From: a virus
Length of the DNA: 64,000 bases
Strand: one strand, 5' to 3'
IMG/VR virus record: IMGVR_UViG_3300027969_000063
Span: 1 to 64,000 of that record
Positions 18,046-27,965 of this stretch are shown here, in pieces. The translations under genes and the position numbers were made by a program. Each line of letters begins with the position of its first letter. Position 1 is the stretch's first letter. The notes below the pieces were generated by a model. It ran no database searches. It saw nothing but the letters and a program-made list of their open reading frames with translations, and had not been told where the DNA came from.

Positions 18046-19839
18046 TTAACCTTCACAAGCAATACAATCGTTACCTTGAGCAATCTGTGTCATATCTAGC
18101 TCTTTAATAACATTTCTTTCAATCCTCTTAGACACCTTGTCTGCCTTACCAATCTTTTCAGAACGGCAGTAGTAAAGAGTTTTCAGTCCTTTTTTCCATG
18201 CCATAAAGTGAATGGCGTGAATATATTTAATGTGTGCATCTGGTCTAAAGAATAGGTTCAATGATTGTGCTTGGTCGATATACTGCTGTCTATCACCAGC
18301 CAATTCGATTACCCATCTTTGGTCAATTTCCATGGATGTTTTGAATACATCTTTATCGTGCTGTGACATCCAATCTAAATGTTGAACAGAACCATCGTTA
18401 GCAATAATTGTTGACCAAACATCATCGTACCATTCGGCTGGCTTATCATGTGATAATTTAATAATTAATTCATTCAACCATCTATTCTTATTTAAGAATG
18501 ATCCCGAAAGAGTATCTTGTCGATAAGCGTTAGCACGGTAAGGCTCAATACTAGGGCTAGTGTTACCCATAATAATTGAAGAAGATGCGTTTGGTGCGAT
18601 AGCCATAAGATGGCTGAAACGATTGCCAGTTCCCACCGCATCAGGAGCCTCACCTCTTTCCAATCCAAGTTCTTTATTAGCATTATCTAGTCCTTCTCGA
18701 ATAGATTTGAAAATGCGGTTGTTGGCAACTTTGGCCATAACACCTTCAAAAGCGATTCCGTTACGCTGTAGATAAGCATGAAACCCGAGAGCACCAATGC
18801 CAATAGAGCGCTCTCGTTGAGCGGAGTATCTAGCACGACTGATACTGTCAGGAGCATTATCAATGAAGTAATTGAGCACGTTATCAAGCATCTCAGCAAC
18901 GTCTTTAAGAAATAGTTTGTTATCTTTCCATTCATCATATGTCTCCAAATTTAAACTTGATAAACAACATACTGCTGTTCGCTGTTCATTGGTGGGTAAA
19001 ATAATTTCAGAACAAAGATTTGATTGATGTACTTTTAAACCTAAATCTTTTAAGTGTTGTGGTAACTGATTATTACTTGTATCAATATAGTGAATGTATG
19101 GTTCACCTGTGTGCATACGCAATTCAAGGATCATTTGCCATAACATCTTTGCTGATACAGTTTCACGAATTTCTTTTGATGCTGGGTCTACTAAATTCCA
19201 AGAATCATCAAATTCGGGATCCAACATAGATTGTTCAATGAGGTGCATGAACTCATCAGTAATATTAATACCGTGATGTAAATTTAAACACCGCTGGTTT
19301 GGATCACCAGTCGGTTTACGCATCTCTAAGAAACCAATGATATCTGGATGGCTGATGTCGAGATAAGCAGCATAACTGCCCCTACGAGTGCGACCTTGAC
19401 GATATGCAAGAGAACTAGCATCGTAGATTTTGAGGTGAGGCATGACACCAGTAGATTTATCATCTGCTGAACGAATACCAAAGCCAATACCAACGCCACC
19501 ACCAAGCATAGAAAGCCAATTAGTTTCAGAAAGATTATCAACTAATCCTTCTGCAGTATCTTCAATATAATTAAGGAAACATGATATAGGCATGCCACGC
19601 TTACTACGACCAAAACTGAGAATGGGAGTAGAATAAGAGAGCCAATGTTTACTGCTGTATTCATATAATCTTTGTGCATGTTTTTGATTACTCCCGAATG
19701 ATTTTGATACAAATGCGAATCTATGTTGTGGAGATTCTTCATCTTCCTTCATGTAGCTTTCTTTTAATCTTTTAATCCCAAGTTCATCAAATAATTTATC
19801 TTGTTCCAAATCTATTCTAATGCCTAGGTATTCAGTCAT
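18046..19839 (-). CDS. nrdA: Ribonucleotide reductase class Ia alpha subunit (short, no apparent ATP cone)
   Basis: ISCF, NLCSE, APNASSS, LYY and C-terminal CxxC. Confidence 0.95.
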   Translation of the reverse strand: MTEYLGIRIDLEQDKLFDELGIKRLKESYMKEDEESPQHRFAFVSKSFGSNQKHAQRLYEYSSKHWLSYSTPILSFGRSKRGMPISCFLNYIEDTAEGLVDNLSETNWLSMLGGGVGIGFGIRSADDKSTGVMPHLKIYDASSLAYRQGRTRRGSYAAYLDISHPDIIGFLEMRKPTGDPNQRCLNLHHGINITDEFMHLIEQSMLDPEFDDSWNLVDPASKEIRETVSAKMLWQMILELRMHTGEPYIHYIDTSNNQLPQHLKDLGLKVHQSNLCSEIILPTNEQRTAVCCLSSLNLETYDEWKDNKLFLKDVAEMLDNVLNYFIDNAPDSISRARYSAQRERSIGIGALGFHAYLQRNGIAFEGVMAKVANNRIFKSIREGLDNANKELGLERGEAPDAVGTGNRFSHLMAIAPNASSSIIMGNTSPSIEPYRANAYRQDTLSGSFLNKNRWLNELIIKLSHDKPAEWYDDVWSTIIANDGSVQHLDWMSQHDKDVFKTSMEIDQRWVIELAGDRQQYIDQAQSLNLFFRPDAHIKYIHAIHFMAWKKGLKTLYYCRSEKIGKADKVSKRIERNVIKELDMTQIAQGNDCIACEG

Positions 19840-19879
19840 TCTTATTTCGCTTTCTTTTTATTATATTTACTGCACAAAT

Positions 19880-20890
19880 TTAAATCTTTTTCCAATTAAT
19901 AAATTCTGCTTTTGCTCGCAAATTCACAAAGGTATTGTTACTTATAATGTCTTGGATTTCGTCTGGTGAGAACCCATCTAGCACCATATCATTAATGTCT
20001 TTAGATTCAATCATTTCTGGCCAGATGACCACATTATAATGATTTTCGATTGCTTTGTCAATCTTCATCACAATTTCTTTATTTCTTGGTTCGTTGTCAA
20101 ATACCAAAGTAACCATGGACTTATCGTATATATTACTGATGGATTCCAAGTTAGAATCAGCAGTCGCCACGGCATTCTCTAGGAACATGCTGTCAATAGG
20201 ACCTTCCACTACATAGATCATCTCCTCCTGATTGATCCTATCCATTCCAAAGACCTTTTGGTTATCGTCATGGAGTTTCAGAGTGATGTATCTTAGTTTG
20301 GATTCGCCTAGCGCTCTCCCCTGAACAGCGACCAGGTTCTTTTCTTTATCATAAAACGGTATGACGAGGCGGCTGTCTTTCTCTTTAAGGCTTGTGTTCT
20401 TAATCCCAAGATTTTGTATGAAGGCGGCGAAATCTTCCGCATAGTATAGTTGCGAGTGAAAGGCCTGTGGAATCCATCTCTTCTGAATATAGACCTTAGC
20501 ATAATGCGCCTCTGGTAAACTGTCGATTGATGGAAGTTCCAAGGACTTTTTAAACTTCGGCGCTTCTTGCTTAATTTCCTCGAAATCGGGCTTCGGATAG
20601 TTTCCATTGTCTGTTCCATTTTTATATCTTTCAAGTGAATACTCAGCAACTAGGTTTGGATCAACTTGGCTTAGAAAATTGTAAAAAGTAGTCGATGCAC
20701 CACAATTATGACACATATAAAAATAGTCATTCTTTTTGCGGTAAACGTAACCACGGGTTTTTGTTTTATTTTTCTGTGAGTCGCCACAGAGAGGACATCT
20801 AAAGTTATAGAGGTCGTCCTTTTTCTTGGCGAACCTCTGCAACTTGGGAGAAACCAATAACAGGAACTTCCTGTCGATAAACACGCTCAT
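19880..20890 (-). CDS. 61: T4-like DNA primase gp61
   Basis: CPLCGDS/CHNCG zinc finger; TOPRIM EGPIDS, DNEPRN, KDIND. Confidence 0.95.
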   Translation of the reverse strand: MSVFIDRKFLLLVSPKLQRFAKKKDDLYNFRCPLCGDSQKNKTKTRGYVYRKKNDYFYMCHNCGASTTFYNFLSQVDPNLVAEYSLERYKNGTDNGNYPKPDFEEIKQEAPKFKKSLELPSIDSLPEAHYAKVYIQKRWIPQAFHSQLYYAEDFAAFIQNLGIKNTSLKEKDSRLVIPFYDKEKNLVAVQGRALGESKLRYITLKLHDDNQKVFGMDRINQEEMIYVVEGPIDSMFLENAVATADSNLESISNIYDKSMVTLVFDNEPRNKEIVMKIDKAIENHYNVVIWPEMIESKDINDMVLDGFSPDEIQDIISNNTFVNLRAKAEFINWKKI

Positions 20891-20917
20891 AATATAAATG
20901 CCAAATAGGGTTAATGA

Positions 20918-21337
20918 TTAACGTAATGCTTTCAGTATTGTATCAAAACTGGAGTGAGAAATCAACCATGTTATAACAACAATACCACCGGCAAGTGTCC
21001 ACTTCCATTGGTTCAATTTCTCATATTGGTCTCTAGAAGATTCCACATGGCTAGACATGGTATCTTTCAATTGTTTAATTTCTTCCATAATACATTTTTC
21101 GGATTCTTGGACCTTGTCCAATACCATATCAATTCTTTCATGGATTTCGGCAATATTAGTATCTTTTTCTTTTCTTTGATCGTCCATATCGTCATACACT
21201 TTACTAAGGTGGCGGTCGTGTTGGTCTACCAGTTTTTCTATTACCTGGTCCATTTTATTACACAATGCTGATAAAGTCAATACTTGGGTCTTTAATACAC
21301 CAACATCAACTTTGATTTCCGAGATATCGTCTGCCAT
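20918..21337 (-). CDS. Coiled-coil protein with C-terminal TM (gp61.1-like position)
   Basis: Heptad pattern and C-terminal hydrophobic helix. Confidence 0.7.
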   Translation of the reverse strand: MADDISEIKVDVGVLKTQVLTLSALCNKMDQVIEKLVDQHDRHLSKVYDDMDDQRKEKDTNIAEIHERIDMVLDKVQESEKCIMEEIKQLKDTMSSHVESSRDQYEKLNQWKWTLAGGIVVITWLISHSSFDTILKALR

Positions 21338-21513
21338 TATTTTTTCTTTTCTGGTACTTTAGTGGCTTCTAGTTTTTTGTGTGTCTTAACATTCTTACAC
21401 ACTTCTTTTTTGGTCTTTTCATCCGTGTGGCAAACTTTCTTTACCACAGATTCAGCATAAGAAACTTGTGAAAAACAAAATATCAATCCAAATGAGATTA
21501 ATAATTTCTTCAT
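21337..21513 (-). CDS. Small secreted basic protein (MKKLLISFG...)
   Basis: Signal peptide and Cys pair; start refined. Confidence 0.65.
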   Translation of the reverse strand: MKKLLISFGLIFCFSQVSYAESVVKKVCHTDEKTKKEVCKNVKTHKKLEATKVPEKKK

Positions 21514-21514
21514 T

Positions 21515-21634
21515 TTATTTTCCTTTGGCCAACATAGCCTGGATTTTTGCTTGAATTGCTTTAGCCCAAAATGGCTGTGGAAAATTCCATCCAACAAATG
21601 CGCCTACTGCGATCCAAAAAATTATGTCTAACAT
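21515..21634 (-). CDS. 39-aa membrane peptide MLDIIFWIAVGAFVGWNFPQPFWAK...
   Basis: Manual translation; AAGGA RBS; abuts the next gene. Confidence 0.65.
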   Translation of the reverse strand: MLDIIFWIAVGAFVGWNFPQPFWAKAIQAKIQAMLAKGK

Positions 21635-21646
21635 GATGATTATCCT

Positions 21647-22027
21647 TTATAGTTCTGGTTGTGGTGCTGAGGGAGGAGCAATCTTTCCACCCATTGTTGT
21701 TAACATTGGTCCTGGTGGTTGTACAGGCATAGGTGTGGGTGCAAATGTTTGAACAGGATTTACAGCAGTGCCGGCCACCTTTTCTTGTGTTCTACCAAAA
21801 GCAGCAATACCAAGAACTGCACCCATAGCAAGGTGAAATAAACCTGCACCTTGTAATGTTAATGGTTGCCATTGGTTATGTACTTGGCCATGTTGCACTG
21901 CTTGTAATATGCTCCACAAAACAGGAAATATAACCATATCAAACATACAGACAACCATATACATCCAGCCCATGGCAGGACGCCACTTCTTTTGCATCCA
22001 ATCTTCGTCTTTTTTGATGTCGGCCAC
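21647..22027 (-). CDS. Putative holin (3TM/GTA-holin-like)
   Basis: WRPAMGW + TM segments + GRT.EK; in the lysis cluster. Confidence 0.65.
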   Translation of the reverse strand: MADIKKDEDWMQKKWRPAMGWMYMVVCMFDMVIFPVLWSILQAVQHGQVHNQWQPLTLQGAGLFHLAMGAVLGIAAFGRTQEKVAGTAVNPVQTFAPTPMPVQPPGPMLTTMGGKIAPPSAPQPEL

Positions 22028-22028
22028 T

Positions 22029-22352
22029 TTATTTACCTTTATTAATTGCAGCTTTTAATTTTTCTTCAATAACAGCAATGTGTTCTTTATTTGCTTGAAT
22101 ACTATCACGATTCTTTTGAATAGCTTCTGTTAAGTCCTGACGTAGTTTTTCACGGGCAAGTTCGCTGCCAGTATTACTAGCTTGTTTATTGTCCTGTGTT
22201 ACTACTAGACTTACTTTGCTTTCTAAGATAGTAACTTGGTGATTAAGTGTTGCTACTGAACTTAACAAATAACCTACACCTGCTATAATTAAGGGTAGTA
22301 GAGCAAACAACATTTTCTCTATAAACACACCTTTTGATGATTCTTCTGCCAT
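22029..22352 (-). CDS. TM plus coiled-coil protein
   Basis: ORF track. Confidence 0.65.
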   Translation of the reverse strand: MAEESSKGVFIEKMLFALLPLIIAGVGYLLSSVATLNHQVTILESKVSLVVTQDNKQASNTGSELAREKLRQDLTEAIQKNRDSIQANKEHIAVIEEKLKAAINKGK

Positions 22353-22361
22353 TTTAATTCC

Positions 22362-22607
22362 TTATTTTGGAGGATTATTGATTAGATCCAAAGCTCTTTG
22401 TAGGATTACTTTGGTTTCTGTGTTTTCTGGAAGGTCAATTTCAGTAGCAAATTCTGTCATGATTCCAGGAATATCAAACGGATCGATACGGCTTCTAAAT
22501 TCAGTATAATCGATCTTGTACTCATCAATAATGTGTTGTTGGTGGTAAAGATGAGCTCTACCGACTGCTTCATTAAATCGCTGTTGATCTTCTTGATTGT
22601 CTAACAT
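22362..22607 (-). CDS. Hypothetical protein
   Basis: ORF track; AGGAG RBS. Confidence 0.6.
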   Translation of the reverse strand: MLDNQEDQQRFNEAVGRAHLYHQQHIIDEYKIDYTEFRSRIDPFDIPGIMTEFATEIDLPENTETKVILQRALDLINNPPK

Positions 22608-22643
22608 ATTAATCTCCTAATACTATAAAAGTTATTGATATAT

Positions 22644-23255
22644 TTATGCCAAAACGCTTAGTGCATGGTCATAATGTTTGATCCTATCGTCCAAACCAAT
22701 ATAACCACCATTAATCACTTTTGTCATACCTTTGATGTCACCGGTATCGGCAAATCTATTTAAATTGTTAGATTCCCAAAACCAGCAAGCGGACTGAGCG
22801 GCACCTTCAAAAGATTGTAGATATTCTGGAACATCTTCAACATTCATCTCCAAACTGTCCGCAAATGCTTGATAGTTGCTCTTACCAGTTAGTTGAATTA
22901 GACCACGACCACAGTAACGGAAACCATCGCCAGACGCTTCATCTCCATTACCCATACGATTAGCGTAGACCTTGTTAGCAATCATCTCCTGCTTACCTGC
23001 ATAGGCATTGGATAGGTCGTCATTTGGAAAATACTTTGGAAATACCTTGCGCAATGTAACAGCACGGTAATTCAAGTTTTCTTTCAAGGCAGTGAAACCA
23101 CCACTCTCATGTGAACATTGGGCTATGAAAGATGCAATTCTTTTTGATGTGTCGATTTCGTAATCCGGTAATAATTGGGATAAGGCATGGTGCCATTGAT
23201 CGATGTATGGATTATTTGGTAATAGATAACTTAATTGTTCTCTAGTAAGTTCCAT
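22644..23255 (-). CDS. Endolysin, glycoside hydrolase family 19
   Basis: AQCSHES, ENLNY, GRGLIQLTGKSNY, INGG. Confidence 0.9.
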   Translation of the reverse strand: MELTREQLSYLLPNNPYIDQWHHALSQLLPDYEIDTSKRIASFIAQCSHESGGFTALKENLNYRAVTLRKVFPKYFPNDDLSNAYAGKQEMIANKVYANRMGNGDEASGDGFRYCGRGLIQLTGKSNYQAFADSLEMNVEDVPEYLQSFEGAAQSACWFWESNNLNRFADTGDIKGMTKVINGGYIGLDDRIKHYDHALSVLA

Positions 23256-23842
23256 TATTTCACACTTTCAAAAATTTGTTTCTGTTCACTATACCACTTT
23301 TGCCAACCTTTCACCGTGTTGACTAACTCATAGTATGTACCATAATTTTCATTTACTGTTGTGAGGAGGTCAACTGCTTTAAAGTTGCTGGTTCCCGTAA
23401 TAGTTCCGATGGTGCTTGAGGGAACTTCGTTACGACTGGAACTGTTGTGCAGGCCAACAGCAATATTAGACAACTTACACTCATCAGTAATGTACTTAGT
23501 AATCGCTTTAGAATTTGCATTACTATTCTCCTTAATAATATTATTTTTTACATTAATTTCATATGCTAATTTTGTATTTGCTTGAGCAGATTGTGCTTCC
23601 GCTTTGGCAACTTTTAATTCCATTTCTTTTACTTTGGCCAACCAATCATTATTATTGCTTATACCACCTTCGAACCAAATGCCAATAACTAACATTATGA
23701 TAGAAACAATTTTAATTGGTGTTGTATATGTACCAACAAAAGGAATGTAACTGAAAAACGTGGCCGCAAGCAGACCTAAAATTGCAATAATAACAATTAA
23801 GTGAAATACAAAATCAGGTAATAAACTTAATAACCATATCAT
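23255..23842 (-). CDS. Putative i-spanin (Rz-like)
   Basis: N-terminal TM helices and coiled coil; next to the endolysin; contains an embedded lipoprotein ORF. Confidence 0.7.
   Translation of the reverse strand: MIWLLSLLPDFVFHLIVIIAILGLLAATFFSYIPFVGTYTTPIKIVSIIMLVIGIWFEGGISNNNDWLAKVKEMELKVAKAEAQSAQANTKLAYEINVKNNIIKENSNANSKAITKYITDECKLSNIAVGLHNSSSRNEVPSSTIGTITGTSNFKAVDLLTTVNENYGTYYELVNTVKGWQKWYSEQKQIFESVK
23353..23520 (-). CDS. Embedded o-spanin (Rz1-like) lipoprotein, 55 aa
   Basis: +1 frame MQILKRLLSTLLMSVSCLILLLA-CTTVPVVTKFPQAPSELL...; AAGGAG RBS at 23528-23533; Pro-rich mature part. Confidence 0.75.
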   Translation of the reverse strand: MQILKRLLSTLLMSVSCLILLLACTTVPVVTKFPQAPSELLREPATLKQLTSSQQ

Positions 23843-24366
23843 TGTGGTGCCTTTCTACGAACATTCATCATAATAGGAGTATTATCTTTCTTTTTCTTTA
23901 GATAAACACCAGGTTCTCCACCCTTACCACCTGTACCAGCGATAGCGCCACCGCCAACAACATTAGTTGGTCCAGCAGAACCATCTTCTTTAAGCCTAGA
24001 ATGTTCTTTATCTAAATCTAAACGGCGTTGTTGAACTGCTTTTTGATCAACATCTTTATTTCTGGATAGGTCTTGCAATACTTTAGATTTTGATGCATAA
24101 TCTTTATGTGGATCCGCAGGATTTAATTTTGATTCTTTAACCGGCACACAGTTAGGAACTGTTCTACCATTCTTCTCTTTAGTGCCTACGGCAGTATAAC
24201 CTTTCCAACAAGCCGACTTTAAATCGCCTGTAGGTTGTTTAACTTTCTCTTCAATCTCTTCTTCTTTAACACAAGAATCTTTTGAAAATGCCTTCTTACC
24301 TGGAACAGGTTTATATCCTGTCCAGCAACGGCCTTTTTCATCCAAGTATTGTTTAAATTTTTTCAT
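23839..24366 (-). CDS. Putative internal head protein with two CWxGY...C repeats
   Basis: Starts MKKFKQYLDE (capsid-targeting-like). Confidence 0.7.
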   Translation of the reverse strand: MKKFKQYLDEKGRCWTGYKPVPGKKAFSKDSCVKEEEIEEKVKQPTGDLKSACWKGYTAVGTKEKNGRTVPNCVPVKESKLNPADPHKDYASKSKVLQDLSRNKDVDQKAVQQRRLDLDKEHSRLKEDGSAGPTNVVGGGAIAGTGGKGGEPGVYLKKKKDNTPIMMNVRRKAPQ

Positions 24367-24848
24367 TAGCAGTTCCACTTTCTTAGTGCTAGTGCTTTGC
24401 GAGTTGGTTCACCATTTGGTTTTTTCATAGCACCTTCCATGCCACCCATGCGAGCACAGAATGATTTTCTACGATTAGCCGCTTTAGAACCTGGTTTTAA
24501 TTTAGATGGAGGTGTTGTGACAGCCATCGATAACTTGGAACCAGGATTTTCTCTACGATAAGAAGCAATACCTTTACGATTTAATCCGCCTTCAGGATTC
24601 TTACCTGCTTTTCTTTGCCACGCAGCAGATTCTTCTATTTGTTCTTTAATCCACTCATCGGGAGTTTTACCGTGTCTGGATACAAAATCGTTATGCAATT
24701 CTTTACCCGTAGTGTTACCTTTTTTAGATATATTCATCATCAATTTATTAATTGATTCATAATCATGATTATCTAATTTCTTTAAGCCTTTTTCTAAGGC
24801 GGTAACGTTACAGTAACTTTCTTCTACAAATTGTTTAAAAGATTTCAT
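24366..24848 (-). CDS. Putative internal head protein (DUF6321-like C-terminal domain)
   Basis: MKSFKQFVEE N-terminus; WQRKAGKNPEGGLN...RRKSFCARM. Confidence 0.7.
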   Translation of the reverse strand: MKSFKQFVEESYCNVTALEKGLKKLDNHDYESINKLMMNISKKGNTTGKELHNDFVSRHGKTPDEWIKEQIEESAAWQRKAGKNPEGGLNRKGIASYRRENPGSKLSMAVTTPPSKLKPGSKAANRRKSFCARMGGMEGAMKKPNGEPTRKALALRKWNC

Positions 24849-25231
24849 AGTTGTCTTAACATTTCTGCAATGTGCATGTCTAAAGGTATCTCGTCTACCT
24901 TTATATTCTTTCCATTAATACCTTTTACTGTATCTGGTAAAACATTCAGATATAATAAAAAGGTTTTCAATATATCATAATCTCTTTCATCTATCCTATA
25001 GAATAGTATTCTTGTGGTCGCTTCTGGACCAAAAACATTATTCAATAGAATGATATGATTTAAAATCAATCGTTCTTTTAAAGCCTTAGTAACCTTGTAT
25101 CTACGAAACAATCTTTTTAAATATTTGGTCCTTTTCATGTCGCCTTCAAATTCCGACATGACACAATTAGGCGATTCGTAACACTTCATCGCAAATAATA
25201 AAAAATTGTCATCATTCAAATCATCAAACAT
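24845..25231 (-). CDS. Conserved T4-like hypothetical protein
   Basis: ERLILNHIILLNNVFG motif. Confidence 0.75.
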   Translation of the reverse strand: MFDDLNDDNFLLFAMKCYESPNCVMSEFEGDMKRTKYLKRLFRRYKVTKALKERLILNHIILLNNVFGPEATTRILFYRIDERDYDILKTFLLYLNVLPDTVKGINGKNIKVDEIPLDMHIAEMLRQL

Positions 25232-25257
25232 ATTATTTTGTAAACCTATAAATTAGA

Positions 25258-25288
25258 AACGGAGATATCAGTTAAGCTATCTCCGTCT
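25258..25288 (-). terminator. Stem-loop terminator
   Basis: ACGGAGATA/TATCTCCGT inverted repeat followed by T residues. Confidence 0.6.
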
Positions 25289-25312
25289 ATATATCAACTT
25301 CAAATTTCAATA

Positions 25313-26188
25313 TTAAGCGTCTGGTAATGCAATATCGTCAGAACCATCACCAGTTGGATTAGCTAAAGCAACTAGAGTTTCATATTGAACACGGCCAGCA
25401 CGACCACCAGTTCCAACTCTCTTTATATTCCAGCCAACGTGTGCTGCATTTGTAAAACCAGAATCACTACCACCGGCTTGACCTAAACCTTTAATAGCAA
25501 TTGCTGTTGTTGCGGTTGAAGCAACTTTCTCAAAGTACTGAGCATTATTACCAGTACCGGTAATATTAACAGAGGCACCCTCAAGAGTTTCTGACACCTT
25601 GAATGCGTTAGCAGTTAAACCAGAGGCAATAACATAGTAGGTATTACCACTAGTTAATCCAGTAGCAGAAGCACCGCCACCGTTTTGATATACCACTTGG
25701 CTATTAGCAGTTAGTCCGTGCGTTGTGTAAGCAATAGTATCGGTACCAGTATTGATACCAGTAGTAGGGATTGTTACCCTAGCTTTTGGAATTGTTACAG
25801 TTGGAACTGTTTCATATGATGATCCAACATTGGTAACGACAATCTTTGTAACGACTCCACCAGAAATCGTTGCAGTAGCTGCAGCACTTGCGCCGCCTCC
25901 ACCAGAGAATGTTACGGTTGGTGCTTCCACATACAATGTACCACCATTGATGATGGAAACATCGGTAACATTATCGGAACCGGCAAATCTTTCGGTTGCA
26001 TCAACCAAAAATAGGCCAACGGTTTCATTGGTAATATAGGCACTAGGTGCAGTATTACCGTAAAGATAGGCTACGTTTGTAGCGTTAGGCGCAGCATTTA
26101 CTTTAGATGGTGCAGCTTTTGTGATTGTAGCATTTACAGCCCATTTTGGTGCGCTGGATGCTTGATCGACTTTTCCCCAAGATGACAT
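25313..26188 (-). CDS. Virion structural protein (G/T/A-rich, beta-rich)
   Basis: Composition; H.GW...GR...ETLVA C-terminus; CATAAATA late-type promoter at 26219-26226. Confidence 0.7.
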   Translation of the reverse strand: MSSWGKVDQASSAPKWAVNATITKAAPSKVNAAPNATNVAYLYGNTAPSAYITNETVGLFLVDATERFAGSDNVTDVSIINGGTLYVEAPTVTFSGGGGASAAATATISGGVVTKIVVTNVGSSYETVPTVTIPKARVTIPTTGINTGTDTIAYTTHGLTANSQVVYQNGGGASATGLTSGNTYYVIASGLTANAFKVSETLEGASVNITGTGNNAQYFEKVASTATTAIAIKGLGQAGGSDSGFTNAAHVGWNIKRVGTGGRAGRVQYETLVALANPTGDGSDDIALPDA

Positions 26189-26226
26189 TTTTTTCTCCTT
26201 TAATGTCTGTTTATATGTTATTTATG

Positions 26227-27954
26227 TTAATTGCCCTTCTTACCAAACTCTTTATTGAACTGATTTTGGCCTGGTCTATTCTTCATCATAGGATCAATTT
26301 CCACCTCATCTCGCTTTTCACCAGTTAGTGTGGTTCCACCAGTCATTACTGCCAATGCTTCTGGTTTCTTTTCACCAAAACTATCTTTCTTATCGGTTTG
26401 ATTAAACTTAGGCTTTTTACCATAAGTCTGTACCGATTTATCTTCCTTTTCATGGTCATAGGTATCTTCCTTGACCATACCCTTACTCTTATATAAAGCC
26501 TTAATCATACGAGCAGATTTGGACCTCTGGCTTTTTATGCTGGTAGTTTCACCACCGTTGGCACCATCACATGGCGCTTGAGTTGCAGCCAAAGAATCTA
26601 GTGTATTCTCACTTGTTGGTTTGTAACCAGATAAACGGTCTAGAGCTCTATTCCAACTTTTAGAGCGAGTTTTGACTCTTTGGTTATGTGCCTTCTTATC
26701 CATACCTGGTTTTTTCTCAGGTACAACTGGTTGTTGTTTTAACCAAGAAAATACTGTGGATTTTTTGAGTTCATCCAATTGTTCAAATTCTTCATTCTGT
26801 TTACCATAGTAAGCACCCAAAGCCATTTTCTGACGTTCTTTTTTGGACTTACCAACAAACTTAGGATTATCTGAATGAATGAAATCATGGATCCAATCAC
26901 CAGCAGAAGCATCCTTACCTAGAACTTCATTAATCATTTGGTCGAGTTCTTCTTCATCTAACTCCACACCTTCTTTATTCAATAAAGCACGATGGTGTTG
27001 GTCAATCGGAATCTTATGTTTACGAATCAGAGCACCCAACATCTGTCTAGTTGTACTTTTTGTTGATGTTTTACCAATAGTAGATACTTTTTTGATAGCT
27101 GCATGGGCGGCTGAAGTGGCAGTAGGTTCATCAGAATCGATGGCCATAATATTCTTTAAATGCTTCTTAACAGTATCATGGTCTAATTGAGTCGGACCAT
27201 AAACTTCATCCAATTCAACTTCTTCTTTCAATTTTAATTCAGATTTTCTTTTACCAAAAGTCTTATGAACAAGAGTATCTAAGTTTTTATGAAATGATGT
27301 TTCTTTAGCCTTACTAATTCCTGCATCTTCTTTATTTAAATGTTTCTGTAAACGGTCAATAGCAGAAGTCATTCCACCGGAATTCTTTGCAAGATCGTCA
27401 TGTTTCTTTTGACGCTCATCGGATGCTTTACGAAATCTATCCAATGCACTTGGCTTTGGTTTTTTAACTGATTCGTTTACTTTTTCATTCTTACTAGTAA
27501 TGTAGTTACCAACAGTATCGATGTAATCTGTAGCCAAAGTTACTTTAGCTTGAACCCATGATGGCAATTGTTTTTCATAGTCCTTACCAATATGTGAACG
27601 AACCATATTAATAGCTCTTTCCATCTGTTCTAGTTGGCCTAAAACCATACTACCTTCATCATCTAACATATTACCCATGGCAATAGCAATGTGATTCTCT
27701 TTAACTACCTCTTCTGTGAATTCGTGGTCTCTTCTCCATTTCAAAAATTCACCAGATTTAGAATGTGCAATTTTAGTTTCTTTGGAAACAAAATTTGGAT
27801 TGATTCCTCTAGAATTCAGAAAACGATGTAACAACTCTTCTTCAGATGCTTCAGCAATACCAGACTTTGCCTGCCATGGATCCATTGGATTTACACCCAA
27901 AGGTTTAGCAGCAGGCGATTGATTGATGTTAACAACTTTTACTTTTCTTGACAT
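26227..27954 (-). CDS. Large charged protein, probably a protease-processed head/core polyprotein
   Basis: Many (V/L/I)xE motifs (VKE, LDE, VNE). Confidence 0.65.
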   Translation of the reverse strand: MSRKVKVVNINQSPAAKPLGVNPMDPWQAKSGIAEASEEELLHRFLNSRGINPNFVSKETKIAHSKSGEFLKWRRDHEFTEEVVKENHIAIAMGNMLDDEGSMVLGQLEQMERAINMVRSHIGKDYEKQLPSWVQAKVTLATDYIDTVGNYITSKNEKVNESVKKPKPSALDRFRKASDERQKKHDDLAKNSGGMTSAIDRLQKHLNKEDAGISKAKETSFHKNLDTLVHKTFGKRKSELKLKEEVELDEVYGPTQLDHDTVKKHLKNIMAIDSDEPTATSAAHAAIKKVSTIGKTSTKSTTRQMLGALIRKHKIPIDQHHRALLNKEGVELDEEELDQMINEVLGKDASAGDWIHDFIHSDNPKFVGKSKKERQKMALGAYYGKQNEEFEQLDELKKSTVFSWLKQQPVVPEKKPGMDKKAHNQRVKTRSKSWNRALDRLSGYKPTSENTLDSLAATQAPCDGANGGETTSIKSQRSKSARMIKALYKSKGMVKEDTYDHEKEDKSVQTYGKKPKFNQTDKKDSFGEKKPEALAVMTGGTTLTGEKRDEVEIDPMMKNRPGQNQFNKEFGKKGN

Positions 27955-27965
27955 ATTATTACCTA

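Noticed and set aside
20308-20649. 113-aa alternative-frame ORF in primase
   Set aside because: No RBS or recognisable features; weaker than the 29431 overprint
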